A stretch of DNA of 64,000 nt from the human T2T-CHM13v2.0 reference genome, Homo sapiens: assembly GCF_009914755.1 (NCBI RefSeq), contig NC_060925.1; one strand, 5' to 3'. Both the position numbers and the translations under genes were made by a program. Below the pieces are notes generated by a model. The model was not told the origin of the DNA. It was given only the letters and a program-made list of their open reading frames with translations, and ran no database searches. Within the stretch, counting starts at the first letter, position 1; each line of letters begins with the position of its first letter. Below, piece after piece: positions 1 through 15,245 of the stretch.

Positions 1-783
1 TTTAAAATTAAAATTTTTTCTGATTATAAAATGTATTAATTTATATAAATTATGAATTTTAGGAAAATACAGGAAATAAACAAAGAAGAAATTAAAGATC
101 ATATTTATGATAACCTAGAGATAACAATTTTTAATACCTTGATTTTTTTATTTTCTATGATTTATGGAAACTATACAATGTCTTTGTATTTAATTGAGCT
201 CATACTTAATATATTAAAGCTCTGTAAACTGTTCTTTCCCTTAACCAAAACAAAAAAATTTTTTTCTCATTTCTTTAAATGTTACATGAAAAGATTTTAC
301 ATGCCTTTATACTATGTAATCCAATAGATATGCCCTACTTTATTTAACTAATTATGAATTTAAGATATTTAGATTACTTCCAATCTTCCAGTATCACATG
401 TAATGTAGTCATAAACTTCTTGTTACATATATTTTGCCTATGTTTATGACTATTTATTCAAAGATTAAAATTCTGTATATAGAATTAAAGTTCAAATATA
501 TGTATGTGTATGTATACACATCTGCATTACCTCCAAAATAGTTTTAATAATTTAACTTCATTTTTCAAAACCCTGCCAGCACTAGGTTTTATATTTTCAT
601 CAAATTAACAAGTGACAGTGGTATCATATTATCTTAATTTACATTCATTTTAGCATTAGCATGGTTAAATGCATTTTCATAAATTGATTGGTTATTTGCA
701 ATTTTTTAGTGAATTTCTACATTTCTATTGAGTTGTTCATGTTTTAAGATATTTTTAAAGAAGCTGAGAATCTTTATAATTAA

Positions 784-1193
<410 letters not shown>

Positions 1194-1784
1194 TAATCAA
1201 ATAGCGCACTCTTTGCCTTTATGGTCTCTATAGTTGTCTTATGCTTAAGCATAAATTTGCCAACCAGATTTCAAACTAATTTTTGCTGAGTTTCTTCCTT
1301 TCTTCATTTATTTATTTATGTATTTATTTTAGATTTTATTATTTCATCCACCTAGAATTTATCTCAGTGTGTGCCATGACATGGGAATGTAATTTTATGG
1401 TTTCAAAAAATTAAACAAATATTCTCAAACCACTGATTTAAAATGTTACCCTTATTTATATTCATACATGCACAAATAAAAGCACAAACATACAGGGCTT
1501 TCTCATACTTTGTCTATATTTGTGCCATCACTTGGTTTTAATTACTATGATTTTAGGATGCACTAAAATGTATCTGATGGTGTAAGTCACTTCTTGGTCA
1601 TCTTTTCCAAAATTTTCATGATTGTTCTTTTGCAACAATGAATAGTGCATCATCTTGGGTCGGTTAACACCAGACACCACTATCATCTCAAGGCCTGAAG
1701 GTACAAAAAGGGCTGTGTAGAGAAGCCATCCTGACAATAAAGGGTTTATTCAGTCCACAGTGATCTTTGAAGGAGGCAGGGTTG

Positions 1785-1965
1785 TGTGATCTCAGAGACC
1801 AAATCACATGCCCCTTTACCAACTAAGATGGATTCTAAAGTCAAAGAAACCAAGTTACCTATGGGTAGAGGGTTCAGGGCCTGGATAGCATGGCAAATTT
1901 CTAAATTCCTATGGCCAAACTTCCTAAAAACAGAAGTTTATAACACACAGGAGAGGGCTGCCTTT
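1785..1965 (+). mobile_element. ERV1-class LTR fragment (MER67-like, tentative)
   Basis: aactaagatggattctaaag...gggttcagggcctgg...catggcaaatttctaaattcctatgg resembles a recalled MER67-type LTR 5' part. Confidence 0.4.
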
Positions 1966-3459
1966 TTGGTAAACTAAAACAGTTTTCCTTTTCACCATCT
2001 GAGATAACATTTTCATGGGAAGGGAGGTAATTGATGCTAAAGAGCCCTGATTGGATTACTGTTAGCTTGTGTGAATCCAGGTGGACTAGGAAAATCCTGG
2101 AAGAACATCACTATGAGAGACCTTTTTCCCTTCCCGCCTTCCCTCCTTTTTTTCTTCTTTTCTTCTTTCTTTAACATTACCTTGCAGGTTTTCTCTCTTC
2201 TTTATTTTTTAATTTATTCCCTTCATATCCACTTTCCTTCTTTTCCCCAAAGGCAATAATTGTCATTTGTTTCTGTATCTTTTTCAAGTGTTTATATGTG
2301 TCTCTAGGAAATGTGTATTTATTTATAGGCATGTATTGTTAATTTACACAAATTCTATTGTGAGATGTAAACTTCATTCTTTCTTGCTTTTGTTTCACTC
2401 CATGAAAGGTTTTTAAAATTTGTCCGTATTATTGTGAGTACACATCTCCACATCATTCATTGATTCTAACCTGTATGGATTTCTATGGATGCAGTCACAA
2501 CATTTATGTATCCTTTCCTCCAGTGAAGGATAACTAGATTACTTCCAGTTTCTCAACATCACAAACAATGCTTCAAGTGGAAACAAATGAGGATGTTTCC
2601 ATTTATTTTTCTGTATAGAGTAGAATCCACTGGTCATAAGAGATACCTTTATTTAATTTAGTTAGGTATTGCCAGTTTGATACATATAGCTAAATTATTC
2701 TGTAATTCAACCAGCAGTGGATTACAGAATAATTTAGTCAGTGTGTATCAAACTGCAGTGTTTGAGTATACCTATATTTTTTTCCTCCCACCAACACTTA
2801 GCAGTATCAGCTACTGTTTTATCTATGTGACAGGTCTTCAGGGATATGTTATTGTTATTTTAATTTGCATTCATCTAATTACTAGTGATTTTGAATATCT
2901 CTTCATAAGTTTATTGGTCCTTTGGGTTTGCTCTTCTATGAATTGCCATTACATATATCCCTGGATCGTTTTCCTATCGGGGTTCATATCCACTTCTTTA
3001 TTCATATGAGGCTCATGTATATTCTAGATATTAGTCTCAATGGTGTTCAACACTGAATACAAATCTTTAATGTGATGTAATCAAATATAGCAATTTTCCA
3101 CCTCATGATTCTGAAGTATTGGACTTTTCCACAGTTACAGTACTGAGATAGTCTACCCTATTCTTTTCTATTAGCTTTATGATTTTCACATTTATATAAT
3201 TAATCCATCTGGAGTCCCTCTTCATACCTCATGTTCTATGTTTCCTTATATATTAAGACATTTTTTCCCAACACTATCTGCAATCTATCCCTTTTCCACT
3301 AATACCTTGGGCTCCTACTATTGTATATTAATGTTCCATATATATATGACCCTGCTTCTGAACTCTCCAGACTTCCATTGGTCTACTTTCCTTTGCAACA
3401 GATTCTATAACCGTAGCTTGATTACCTAATAATAATTGATTTTTAAAAAGTCTCATCTG

Positions 3460-3582
3460 TTTGTGCTTCTTTTTCAAGTAGACTTTCCTTCTATTTACTT
3501 TTCCATATGAATTTTAAAATCTTTGTGCTTCTTTTTCAAGTAGACTTTCATTCTATTTACTTTTCCATATGAATTTTAAAAT
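3460..3582 (+). repeat. Tandem duplication, 2 x 61 bp (period 62)
   Basis: 3460-3520 and 3522-3582 are identical except for one c/a mismatch. Confidence 0.95.
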
Positions 3583-3607
3583 AAGTTTAATGAATTTCTA
3601 CTATTAA

Positions 3608-4012
<405 letters not shown>

Positions 4013-6504
4013 TAATGTATATAAACATTTTTACTTTTTCCAATATTTGTTTTGTATCTGACCTTGTTATTGAATTCTGTTTTTGATAGTTTTTCAGTTG
4101 ATTTCATTGGATTTCCCACATAGAGAATTCATATCGTATGAAAATCTCTTCTTTTATAATACTTATTCATTTGAATTTTTTTTCTTGACATGTTGCATTG
4201 GCTAGAGCTTCCTGAAAAATAGTGAATAATAGCAATGGCAGTAGACATCCTTGTCTTGTTTCTTATTTACCAGGGATGCTTCAGAAATTTTTCCATTAAG
4301 TATGATAGACATTCTCTACCATATTAAATAAATAATCTTCCATTATTAATTTACCAAAAAATAGCATAATAAATGCAATTTCAATGCTCTCAAATGTATT
4401 TTTGTCATTTATGTATCGAGGTACAGTCTTTTTCCTCTCATTTATTAATCTAACTGCTATTCTAATAAATTTCCTATTATTGAGCACAGCTTCCATTTCT
4501 GGAATAAATCTAACTTAATCATGGGCTAACATACTTTATTATACAAATAATTTCAATTCACAATATGTATTTTAATTAGAATTTTCTAAAATTTTGATAC
4601 TAATCTTAATATTTTATTGGGATGAAATAAATATCAAAAATGAATTAAAAAGCTACATCTTGAAATTGTGAAAAACTTTGTTCATAAAACCATTTGCGCT
4701 TGGCATATTTTTGCAAGTATTTATTTGACAACTTTCAAAATTGTAGTCTATTGAGACTTTCCATTTATTTAATCAATTTGTTACTTTATTTTACTAAATA
4801 ATTATGCACTTAATCCAGATTTTAAAGTCGAGATTGCACATAATAGCCTGGATTTTGTTTTGTGAAATCTTCCAGTGTCTTTGATGGCTCATCTTTTCCT
4901 TCTCTTCTTCTAGACTTATGTACTTGTTTTCCTGTTTTCTTGATTTGAAAAGCTGCAGAGAGTTTTCTTTATAAATCATTGTCTGCTTTTCAACTACTAG
5001 CGCTTGTGTTTATTTTTCAAATCTACAATTTTTGGTGTTTAACAGTTTCTGCTTTTATTTTATTACTTTCTTTCTAATTTCCTTATGTTTGTTTGATTGT
5101 TTTTCACCTTCATGAGTTAAAGGTTTAGATCCAATATTTTCATTCATTCTTATTTAATAATGAGTGAATTTAAATAAGTAAGATGCCTGTGATTGCAGCT
5201 CTAACTAGATAGATCCCATATATTTTGATATATGCTACTCACACAATATCTATTTTCTAATCATTGAAAATGCAGCTTTGTTTCTTGCTTTAACCCCACA
5301 ATTATTTAGAAAAATTGTGGTGGTTCGTTAATTCCCAAAGTGCTGGAGCAAGGGAGTAGCTTAATACATTTATAATTCACTCCTTGCGCTGTGGTCAGAC
5401 AATGAGCCCTGTGCACTTTTTGCTACTTTGCATATGTTTAAGGAGTTTTTGGTCTAATATACTTTGAAATGTTTAAAAATATTCATTGCCCATCTGAATA
5501 GAAGATATTACCTATGCTTAAGAAAACAGAACATTAGTTATATTTGCTAAATCATCTGTTTTTAAGCCATTTAAATCCTTTACATCCTTATTTGTTTTTT
5601 GCCTGTTAATTTTTCAAGTATAGTGAGATATTTCTGTTGACTATAATGATGACATATAATGATGATTTTTCAATATGAAATTACTCTCTTTATTCCATTT
5701 AAGGCTCTTTTGCATTAAAAACTCCTTTAATAATAGCATTTCTATCCTTGTTTCTGTTTGTTTTCATTTACTTTAAATATTTTTACCAATTCTGTTTTTA
5801 ATTTTCTGAGTTACTTAGGGTGCAGGGGAGATCACTCTTACAGATAGCATAGATTTGGTTTTACTTTTTGGTTCTACACTTTTAAAATTTTGTATGTTTT
5901 TATAAACAGGGTTACTAAAATTATATTTACTGACATAATTAACATGGCTGGTCTGAATTATCTCACAGTCACATTTTATACCTTTTATGATTCCTTTGCT
6001 CTTTGTTTTCTGGTATTTTTTAATTTCAGGTTTTTTTTCTTTAGATTTATTTAAAACATTATTTTATAAAATGAGACTATATGTACTTAAGTCATAAACT
6101 TGTGAGGTTTTAATTACCTATTTGTAAAAAGCATATTGAACAGTACCTGATGCATTAAATATGTCCAGGAAGTGTTTAATTTCTTATTATCATTCATCAT
6201 CATCAATATCATCATTATTCTGGTATTTAGAGTTATCAAAGAAAATTCAGAGACCTACTTGACTTTTATGGATTTCTAAGTATCTAAAAGGATAACTCTG
6301 GAAATCATTTTGAGTTTTGAAATTCCTAAGTTTCCCAATAATACGCCTTGTTGCTTTTCTCTTCTAATTAATTTCGCTAAACACATGTTAAGGTCTCTAA
6401 TTCCACTGATTTCCTTCTTTAGTTTCAAAAACTCACCTCCTTTTTAGCCCTAATCATTGCTTCTTTTTCTTTTGTTTCCTTCTTCTTCAAGAATATGAAA
6501 TATT

Positions 6505-6809
6505 GTCAGGGCATGGTGGCTTACACCTGTAATCCCAGCACTGTGGGAGGCTGAGGTGTGAGGATCACTTGAGCCCAGAAGTTCAAGGCCAGGCTGAGCA
6601 ACATAGCAAGACCCTGTCTCTGCAAAACTAAAAATATTAGCTGGACCTGGTGGTGCATGCCTGTGCCTGTGGTCTCAGCTACTTGGGAGGTTGAGGTGGA
6701 AAGATTGCTTGGGCCAGGGAGGTGGAAGCTGCACTGAGCCGTGATTGCACCACCGTACCCCAGCCTGGAAGACTGTAAGAGACTCTGTTTCAAAAAATAA
6801 AAAATAAAA
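6505..6809 (+). mobile_element. AluJ
   Basis: gcatggtggcttacacctgtaatcccagc...gatcacttgagccca...A-rich tail. Confidence 0.95.
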
Positions 6810-9759
6810 TATCTGTATGTTGGATTTCTTTACTTTCTAAATCCACTATTTTTTTCCTTTTTTCTAAGTTTTGTAAAATCACTTTAATTAACTGCCACAT
6901 CTGACTTGATTTTCTCCAGTGTTGGCTCTGCCTGCTTCTAGTACACATTTCCATTTGTCTATTACAGTACTATTATATTATTTTCTTGTCTTGTTATTTA
7001 TGCACATAAGACAGTTTCTATTCTCTCTATCTCTTGTCTGTCATCTTATCTTTCATTTCCTCTTTCCTTATAGTTCATGGTTTCTAGAATTTTATGGGAT
7101 GCATGAAGTAGATTTTATACATTTACTTCTGCTTCATTTAAAAAAAAATTGTCTTTAAAAAAGTTCCTCTGCTCTTAAGTACTATCTTTTACTTATTCTT
7201 CTATGAAAGAAAAACTTTTTTGTTACCCTTTACTATTTATCTTTGAGTGACAATTTGACTCTCCTAACCTCTTATTTGCCTAAGAGCAGAAGTGTGGATT
7301 GCTCTCCCAATCTCCATTTTATCTTCTTGGTCAGAAAACTTTGTCCAAACCTTGTGCTAGAGTGCAGATGGAAGCACTACATATTAAGATCCAACAGCCA
7401 GAGGAATTGTGAGAAAGTGTTTGTCTGAGCCCTGGGAAGTCCATGCCACAGTCTCCAAGCAGATGTGTAGCAGAACTGCCATGCTTTGTTGTATCCAGCT
7501 TTCAGTTTGTTCCATTATCCATGCTATTTACCTTGTGTAGATGTCCAGGCCTTCTTGCTGGTGTTGCCTTCCACGTCAGGGGAAATAGTCACTGTTATTC
7601 AGCTAGAAACCTTGATACTATAGAGTGTGCTGTACTGTATCATCTGTGCTGTGCCCACTTGCATAAACCTCATGACCTCCCAATGCAGCCACATCTAAAT
7701 GTATAAGCCTTTTTAAAGAAAAAGAGATTCTGAGGAAAATGCTTCCATCTGTTTCATGGTCCACTAACTACATTTAGTAGGTGTTAGTTAGGTTCTACTA
7801 GGTACTTCACTCTTGTCTGGAACATTTTCCTGCTTTGTTATAGAGGAGAGCTGTATATCAACCCACAATGACTCGTTTTAGTTTTATCCCATCTATGTTA
7901 TCACTAGTTCACTCAGAGTACCTGACAGGAAAAGGGCAAATACTCTTTAGTCTCCAGTATTGATGTAGATTGTCCTTTTTAAAAAATTTTTATTGCATTT
8001 TATTTTTTGGTCATTTCAACATTATTTCAACAGGCTTCTCAAGTGGAACTGTGAGGGCAGCTAGAGAAGAAAGTTTAATACAGTGGTCAAGTTGCTGTAG
8101 AGCCTCAGAGTACAGAAAAGCAAATATATACTGTTTATATTGCAAAAGTCTGAAATTTCTTGACAACAATCTAAGAATTTTGCTATTAACAGAATTGATG
8201 CCCATGAAATCTACACTTACATTCACACACATCACCTTGTTAGGATATGAAAAGTGGCACCATCTTAACAGGATATTCAGAAAACTTCAACATAAATCTC
8301 ACAGAAGGGCATGGCAAATCACATCACCTGGCATTAGAGTTTACTTTATAATCATGACAAACAAGCCTGGGAACTGGGCTGTGTTCAGAGGGCTCGTGGG
8401 AAGGTATTTGAGGATACTGCAGCCTTTTGCACAGAATTAGAAAATGGCTAAGATTGCCAGATGGGAGTCAATACTGGCTCTGCTCTGTCAGTCAGTAAAG
8501 ATACCGACAGTGAGGCTTTTTGCCACTGTGTGGCGGCCACCACGCACTTCTCAAGATTATAATGATTACACAGATGGCATCCACAGAAGCTACATGCTGA
8601 ATGTGCTGCATATATCCTTTGGAGAGAAATCTTCCACCAACTCTGAAAGGGGCATTAGAAGCCTCTCATAAGGAACTAGACTTTGCCACAAGAAGCTGAA
8701 AGCATTTATACCACAAGAACATTCTAACTATAGGAATTGGTCAAGAGAGACTGAGATATTCACCATGGGTTCCATCTTAAACCACTCACTTTAAACATTA
8801 TTTTGGCTCTAAGGAAATATTTCTAATTGAGTACATAATCCCAAAAGAGGTTCTTAAGACAATTACAAACAGACTCTTTGAAGGAAGCATAAATGCTTTT
8901 GGCTATATCGACCAAAAAAAGGGAGGGGAGAGATGACATATTGAAGACTTTAAAAATTTAACATCCCTTCCCAAAATGCCTAATCCACACCTAGCAAGTA
9001 ATTTTCTTACCTGACAGAAGCTGACCTAGCCATTTTGGACCAGTATAACAGCTGTCCAAAATGCTGAATTGTTGGAGCTCAACAATTCTCTGGCCTCATC
9101 CTCTGTAAAAGATTTTAGAATTGTGAAGGGAACAAGTTAAGTGATATATGGCAATCTTATAAATACATCCATAACTCTAAAATGTCTCCAAGTCTGAATA
9201 TCTCAAATGGCCTAGCTCCCATTAGTCAATTGCCTTAGCACCTCAAGTGTATTACAGCCTCACAATTCTTTCAGCACCATCTATTATTTTACTTATCATT
9301 GACATGAAATTACCTTTGCAGAATTCAACACATGAACATTTTAGTTTACTGTCAGGTGGAATGTGTTTGCTGAATGTAGCATTAAACGTGATGTCTACTT
9401 TAAACTTTCTCATAATTTGTTGTATTCAGCAAGTTGAACAAATGGTGAATATGTGGAGAACTGACTTATTCTATTTGGGTGCTCAAAAAATCAAGATAAT
9501 CCAGGCTCAAAGTCTTCGCTGAACTGGGGCAGAGGAGCAATTCCCTTGAATGCTGCCAGGAAACTGGCTGCCATAGACACACACTACTCCTAAGGTAAGG
9601 ACAAATATAAGGCTCCTTCTTTGCCAAGAATGCAAATAAAGGGCTTATCCCTGTTACATTTCCCATGAGTTGTTGTTGATGTCCTGACAGTTGTCTGTTG
9701 ACACTTCCAGAAAGTAAAGGAGGGGGACCACACTCTCCTTTCCTTTCTTGTGTTAATAG

Positions 9760-9980
9760 ACACCTTTAATACTCTTCAGAACATTATCTCATTTAATTCT
9801 CACAGCAATTCAGTGAAGTAGATTCTATTATTAATGCTATTTCATAGGTGAAAAGTTTAGCTATGTAGAGATTAAATAACTTGTCCAAGGTTACATAGCT
9901 TATAAATGGTAAAGCCTGGGATTTAAACTGAAGCCTTTGGGCCAGAGGTCACATTCTTAATTCCTCTGCTCTGCTGCCAG
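9760..9980 (-). mobile_element. MIR
   Basis: ttaaataacttgtccaaggttacatagct...gggatttaaac = antisense MIR core. Confidence 0.8.
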
Positions 9981-11614
9981 TTGATGCAGGTGTCCTACCA
10001 CTCAAGGAACCCTTGAGGCACAAAGCGGTAGATACTAAGAGCCAGTAACAAGTGTGCATTTCCATTTCTCACTTACTCAGGCACGAGCTATGTGTTCATA
10101 TATTGCTTCTCTCTATCTCATCCATCTGCCCCTCCTAAGACCTGGTCCTGGCTTTCTTCTAAGTCTTCCCTGGTATCACTGCCAGGCATGAGTCAAGACC
10201 TCTTCTCCAGATACTTAGGTCAATGGAGAAAGATAGCTGTTCCTGTCTGGCTCCAAACCTTTTTGACTTTAGGAGATCATATGTTAGTGGTTTGCTTCAT
10301 GTATGTAACTGGAAACCTCCTTGGCTCAGCCAAATATTTTTCTTAACTCTGAAGCCCCACCTGTTATTCAGTCTCCTTAAACTGAATTCCAATATAATCC
10401 ACTTTTCCTGAAAGGTCTCTCTCTCTTTCCCACACCCCACCCTGTTGTCTTCACTCTCACCACCTAATCTGGTTTCTTTTCTATTTTGTCTCTCCTATCC
10501 GTTCTCCTAATCCTTTTCAAATTGCTGTTTTCTCAGGCCCTTAACCCAGGCTCAACTCCTCCTGGCTCCTTTAAGACTCCTTTTCCCTTCCTTCTGTAAA
10601 CACACAGGTTTACTGAAAAATTTTCTTTCCTTTCTAACTGCTTCAGCAACCTCCTGACAACTGTCCAGGTAGCGCATTCCATTGTCTCTACTCGCCCCAG
10701 CAGGAGAGATCACATCTCTCTTTCAGGGCTTCCTGTCACTTAATAAATATCCCTGAAATATCTCTGGGCATGTTTAAAGGCAGCCATCATCTGGCTCTGG
10801 TAAAGTCCATCAGCAAACATTCTTAGAAATGTTAGAATCATTTCTATTTGATAACATTGACTTCACTTTTCCAGAACTTTTAATCCATACTCACCATTTA
10901 CATATGGATGCTACTCCATTTGTTCATTTGTTCCTGAGCAAGTCTATGGAGCAATTATCTCATAAAATTGAACTTTCATACAAATATTCTAGTGTTACAA
11001 TGCATCATAAACAATACATTTTTTAGCCAAGGTTTGATGGATAAGGCAAATAAACATATCCTGGTTTTCGAAAGTTTGCTTATTTGTTGTTAACAAAGTA
11101 TGGTCTAATCATAGCTACAGACACAGAGGACAGGACACATTCCCAGCAGCAGGAAATAGATAGGAGAAAGTCCAGGCAGATGGCAAATCTGCATCAGGGG
11201 AGAGTCAGCAGTGAGCAACAGGTGTGCTGGCAGAGAAGACAAATACAGCATCAGGAGCCAGGTTGGCAGCAGACAGAGTCAATATCAGAGAAATCTGACA
11301 ACAGGTAAAGGAAGCCAACCACGGCACTAAAGTTCAGGTCTATAAAATAACTCAGGTGGCAAAACAGGATCACGGTAGCGGAGGATACAGGATTCTAGGC
11401 AGCAGAACCATGGATTTTTTTCTAATTATTGGAATTGGGATTCAAGATAGAGTTTTGTTCACAACTCTAGGGTAGAAAGTGAAAGGTGGTAGCTATGGTA
11501 GAAAGTCAGAAAGATAGCTAAGGTAGAAAGACTAACCAGAGCCTGAGCCACTGACTCATTGCCTTCCACTCTAATTCTACCCGCCAGTAGATTTAGAATA
11601 AAATTAAATTTCCA

Positions 11615-11926
11615 GGCTGGGTGCAGTGGCTCAGCCTCTAATCCCAGCACTTTGGGAGAATCGTTTGAGCTCAGGAGTTCGAGACCAGCCTGAGCAACAT
11701 GACCAAACCTCATCTCTATTAAAAATCTATATATATACAAAAATTAGCCAGGCAAGGTGGCACACATCTGTAGTCCCAGCTACTCAAGAGGCTGAGGTGG
11801 GAAAGATCACTTGAGCCCAAGAACTCAAGGCTGCAGTGAACCATGATCACTGCACTCTAGCCTGGATGACAGAGTGAGACTGTGTCTCAAAAAAAAAAAA
11901 AAAAAAAAAAACAAGAAAAGCAAAAA
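11615..11926 (+). mobile_element. AluJ with small internal deletions
   Basis: ggctgggtgcagtggctca...; left arm lacks the ggccgaggcgg segment; poly-A tail. Confidence 0.93.
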
Positions 11927-12031
11927 CTTCCAGATGAGAGCCAAGCAGCCCAGCTCTATAATTCAAGGCAAAAAAGCCCATCAGATGGTTACCAGGTGAA
12001 CCACAGGTGGTCAAAATGTGATGAAAGGTGC

Positions 12032-12330
12032 AGGGTGCGATGGCTTATACCTGTAATCCCAGCACTTTAGGAGGCCGAGGCGGGAGGATCACTTGAGGTG
12101 AGGAGTTCAAGACCAGCCTGGCCAACATGGTGAAACCCTGTCTCTACTAAAAATACAAAAAATTAGCCAGGCATGGTGGTACATGCTTGTAGTCCCAGCC
12201 ATTCAGGAAGCTGAGGCAGGAGAATCATTTGATCCCAGGAGGTGGAGGTTACGGTAAGCTGAGATCATGCCATTACACTCCACCCTGGGCCACAAGAGCA
12301 AAACTCTGTCTCAAAAAAAAAAAAAAAAAA
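12032..12330 (+). mobile_element. AluS (Sx/Sq-like)
   Basis: Full dimer; degenerate TSD gtgatgaaaggtgca / gtaatgaagggtata. Confidence 0.95.
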
Positions 12331-15019
12331 GTAATGAAGGGTATAGGATCAGCAGCTTGGGCAACTTCTGGGACTACTGGGTTGTCTCCTTATCCTTTGT
12401 AAGAGTTTGTCTGACACAGATTCCAGCCTCGCAATGGAGACCTGCCTGCCCATAGGCTGTGTCCCAGGTGCACCTGCTTCACGAACCCTTAAGTCCAAGG
12501 CATAACGACTTCTTTATAAGCCCTAGAAAGAAGCAAACTAAAACTAAAAATGTTAGAGCATCCTGGTGGCTAAAATTTGCCCTGAGAGGATCATCTCACA
12601 TGCATTTGACAGAAAAGGCAAATTAAGAATATGGAATATTTTAGACATGCAGGGCAGAGAGAGCAACATGACTTCCAGAATGCCTTTTGGTCAGTGTGGG
12701 CACACAATAAATACTTGTACATTAATTGATCTTGCCATTATCTTTAGGTATCCAGAGAAGTAGGAACTTGCTTCCAACCATGTGCTTGACCACTCTTCTT
12801 CATCCAGTAGCCAAAATATGATTAATGCTCACCTCAGTATATTATCTGGTAATATTCAAGAGTTGGGTGATACTGTAAAGGAATAATTCCCTGAAAGCAG
12901 GGATACCTGCTCTAGAGATTTCCTGACTGTAATGTCTACAACTCAAAACACAAAATATCTACTGTCTGGGAAGTTGTCCAGATTTTCAATGCTGGCAAGT
13001 TTCTGAGTTACCCAGAAAAACACTTTTGTTTAAATACAAAGAATGGTGTGTATAGGTGTGTACCATCTATTTGAATGTGAGTTGTTTCAGAATTTAAATA
13101 CATTTTTAATGACTATTGCATGTATGCTTCTCAATGAAACCGCTTTTGCCAAATAAATCGTGTCCTAATAGAGCGTGGCAGAAATTTGTCCTTTTTGCTG
13201 TCATGAGTAGTTTTGGAGGCCCTCATTTTCACAGCTACAGAGCAAATACTGATACCACTCTGCCATTCATGCATACACAGGGTGACCAATAAATGCCTGA
13301 AATGCTTTGACTTTGACTGTCCAAGCAGGAGGTAGAAAGAAGTAATCAATTTCATTTAGAGTTGTGAGTATCATTTTGGCATCAAAATGACAAATGATCC
13401 TTCTCCATGTGTGAAGCATGCTGGAGTTAGTGGGCTATGTACCAGGGCTATAAAAACTTGGAAATGTCAACGGCATTTCCAAGCATCTGCTCTCTCTAGC
13501 CCCACATTTCTGGGCAACTGCAAAAATTCTTCAGGATGATGCATTCAAGCCCCAGTTCTCCAGCAGAATCTGTCAGGAGAAATTTTAAATTTACATCAAA
13601 GAAATTAGGTGAATCATCCTACTCTCCCCTGTTACTGCTCCATGGGGGTCTCTGGGATGAAATGAAATTGTGGTTACATTTCCAAATGGGTTATAAACCC
13701 AATACAACTCTCCTTAGAGACTCACAACTTATACTTCCCCATTTCCTGATACAGTATTGCATCTCTAAAGCTACGCTATACACACTCCATATAGCAGTGA
13801 GCCTCAGGGAAAAAGCAAAAATAGGGAAGAGAATTCTGACGATGGATGGTTGATAGCTTAGTGGACCTTATTAAACGCAAACACACACGCACATGTGCAT
13901 GCACACGCTCACACACACACAATCTTCAGCCCTGCACCACTGATCACTGTTTCCTGGATAACTCTGTCGCATTATGTGCTGATATAATGGCATGCTAGCA
14001 AATAGCTAAATAACAGTTCTCCACCCCTGACAGGGAATTTACTCCCTGTGAAGGCTCCTTTATTTTTGTGACTACTGAGCTTTAAATGGGGCTTTCCCTT
14101 CAAAGCTTTCAAAGAGGATATTTTTTTTTTTTGCAGTGACACCCTGAATTGAACTTGAATTTTTAACCAAGTTTTTCACCAGATACTTATGTTAGCCAGA
14201 GGATTTCCAGGTGGAGACAGACTCATCCTATTTTGGTAAGACCTGCTCTTGCCTCATCCCAGAAACAATGGTGAGAACCCCAAAATGGCAAACTCTGGCC
14301 AACTTTATCATGCTCTAATTCAGCTTCCAGGGAATTACCAGGATATGCATAGCCTTGGTCTAGGTACTTTTAAAAAACAGGCAATAACCAAGAAATAAAC
14401 ACATTGACTAAGTGCACACGTCACTGAGATGATTGCTAATTTAGAAATACACTTCTAGCAACTCATTTTCTCCTACTGTTTCCAGGCATAGTACCAGCAA
14501 GAAATTAATTGCCTAGGAGAAGGGGGGAAAATGTAAGTAAAACAAAATCAGATAAACTTCTCTTAAAAATAATAGCACATATGGATTTTTAAGAACATTT
14601 TAAGGTTGCCCAGTTAACAGAGTAGTCAGGCTCTACTTCAGCAGTGTGAGACCAAAGTCATTACACCAAACACGCATTTCCCAGTCTGTGGCAGTGGCTC
14701 CTCTCTGGCAGTTTCTGTGATATATGCACGTTTCTACTCATCATGAAGTGTTTGATTAATGTTCGGTTCATCTTTCTTCTTTCTCACTAATAGACCAAAA
14801 TATTTCTCATCAAGGAATAAATGATCAGACTACAGATACAAGTGGCTTTTGAGAAGTCCATTTATAATGCAGCACTTCCAGCAAGAAATCCTTGATTTAA
14901 AAAAAGAAGAAAAACTAAAATTGATGTATTTAGTCTTTTACAATTCTCTCCCACTTCTCCTCTTGGAGGGAGTTTTTTGGGTGGTAAAGTGGACAGGAAA
15001 AAGAGGGACAGAAAGCAAA

Positions 15020-15245
15020 GTAGCATTTACTGAGAACTTACAATGTGTCAGGCCCCACACTGAGCACTGAATTGTGTGTTATGTCATTTAATTCCCATAC
15101 CACTCTTTCATAGCCAGCATCATTATCCCCATTTTACTCATGAGTAAACTGAGTTTTACTGATGTAATCCAGGGTCATGCAGCCAGCAGGTGATAAGAAC
15201 CAGTTTTCAAACCATGATACATCTGACTATAAAATCCATGCCATC
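15020..15245 (-). mobile_element. MIR
   Basis: cattatccccattttactcatgagtaaactgag...agggtcatgcagccag. Confidence 0.8.

Noticed and set aside
7970-8440. 156-aa ORF in non-repeat DNA
   Set aside because: Starts at a non-ATG codon, has no recognisable domain or exon structure, and its length is compatible with chance in 64 kb.
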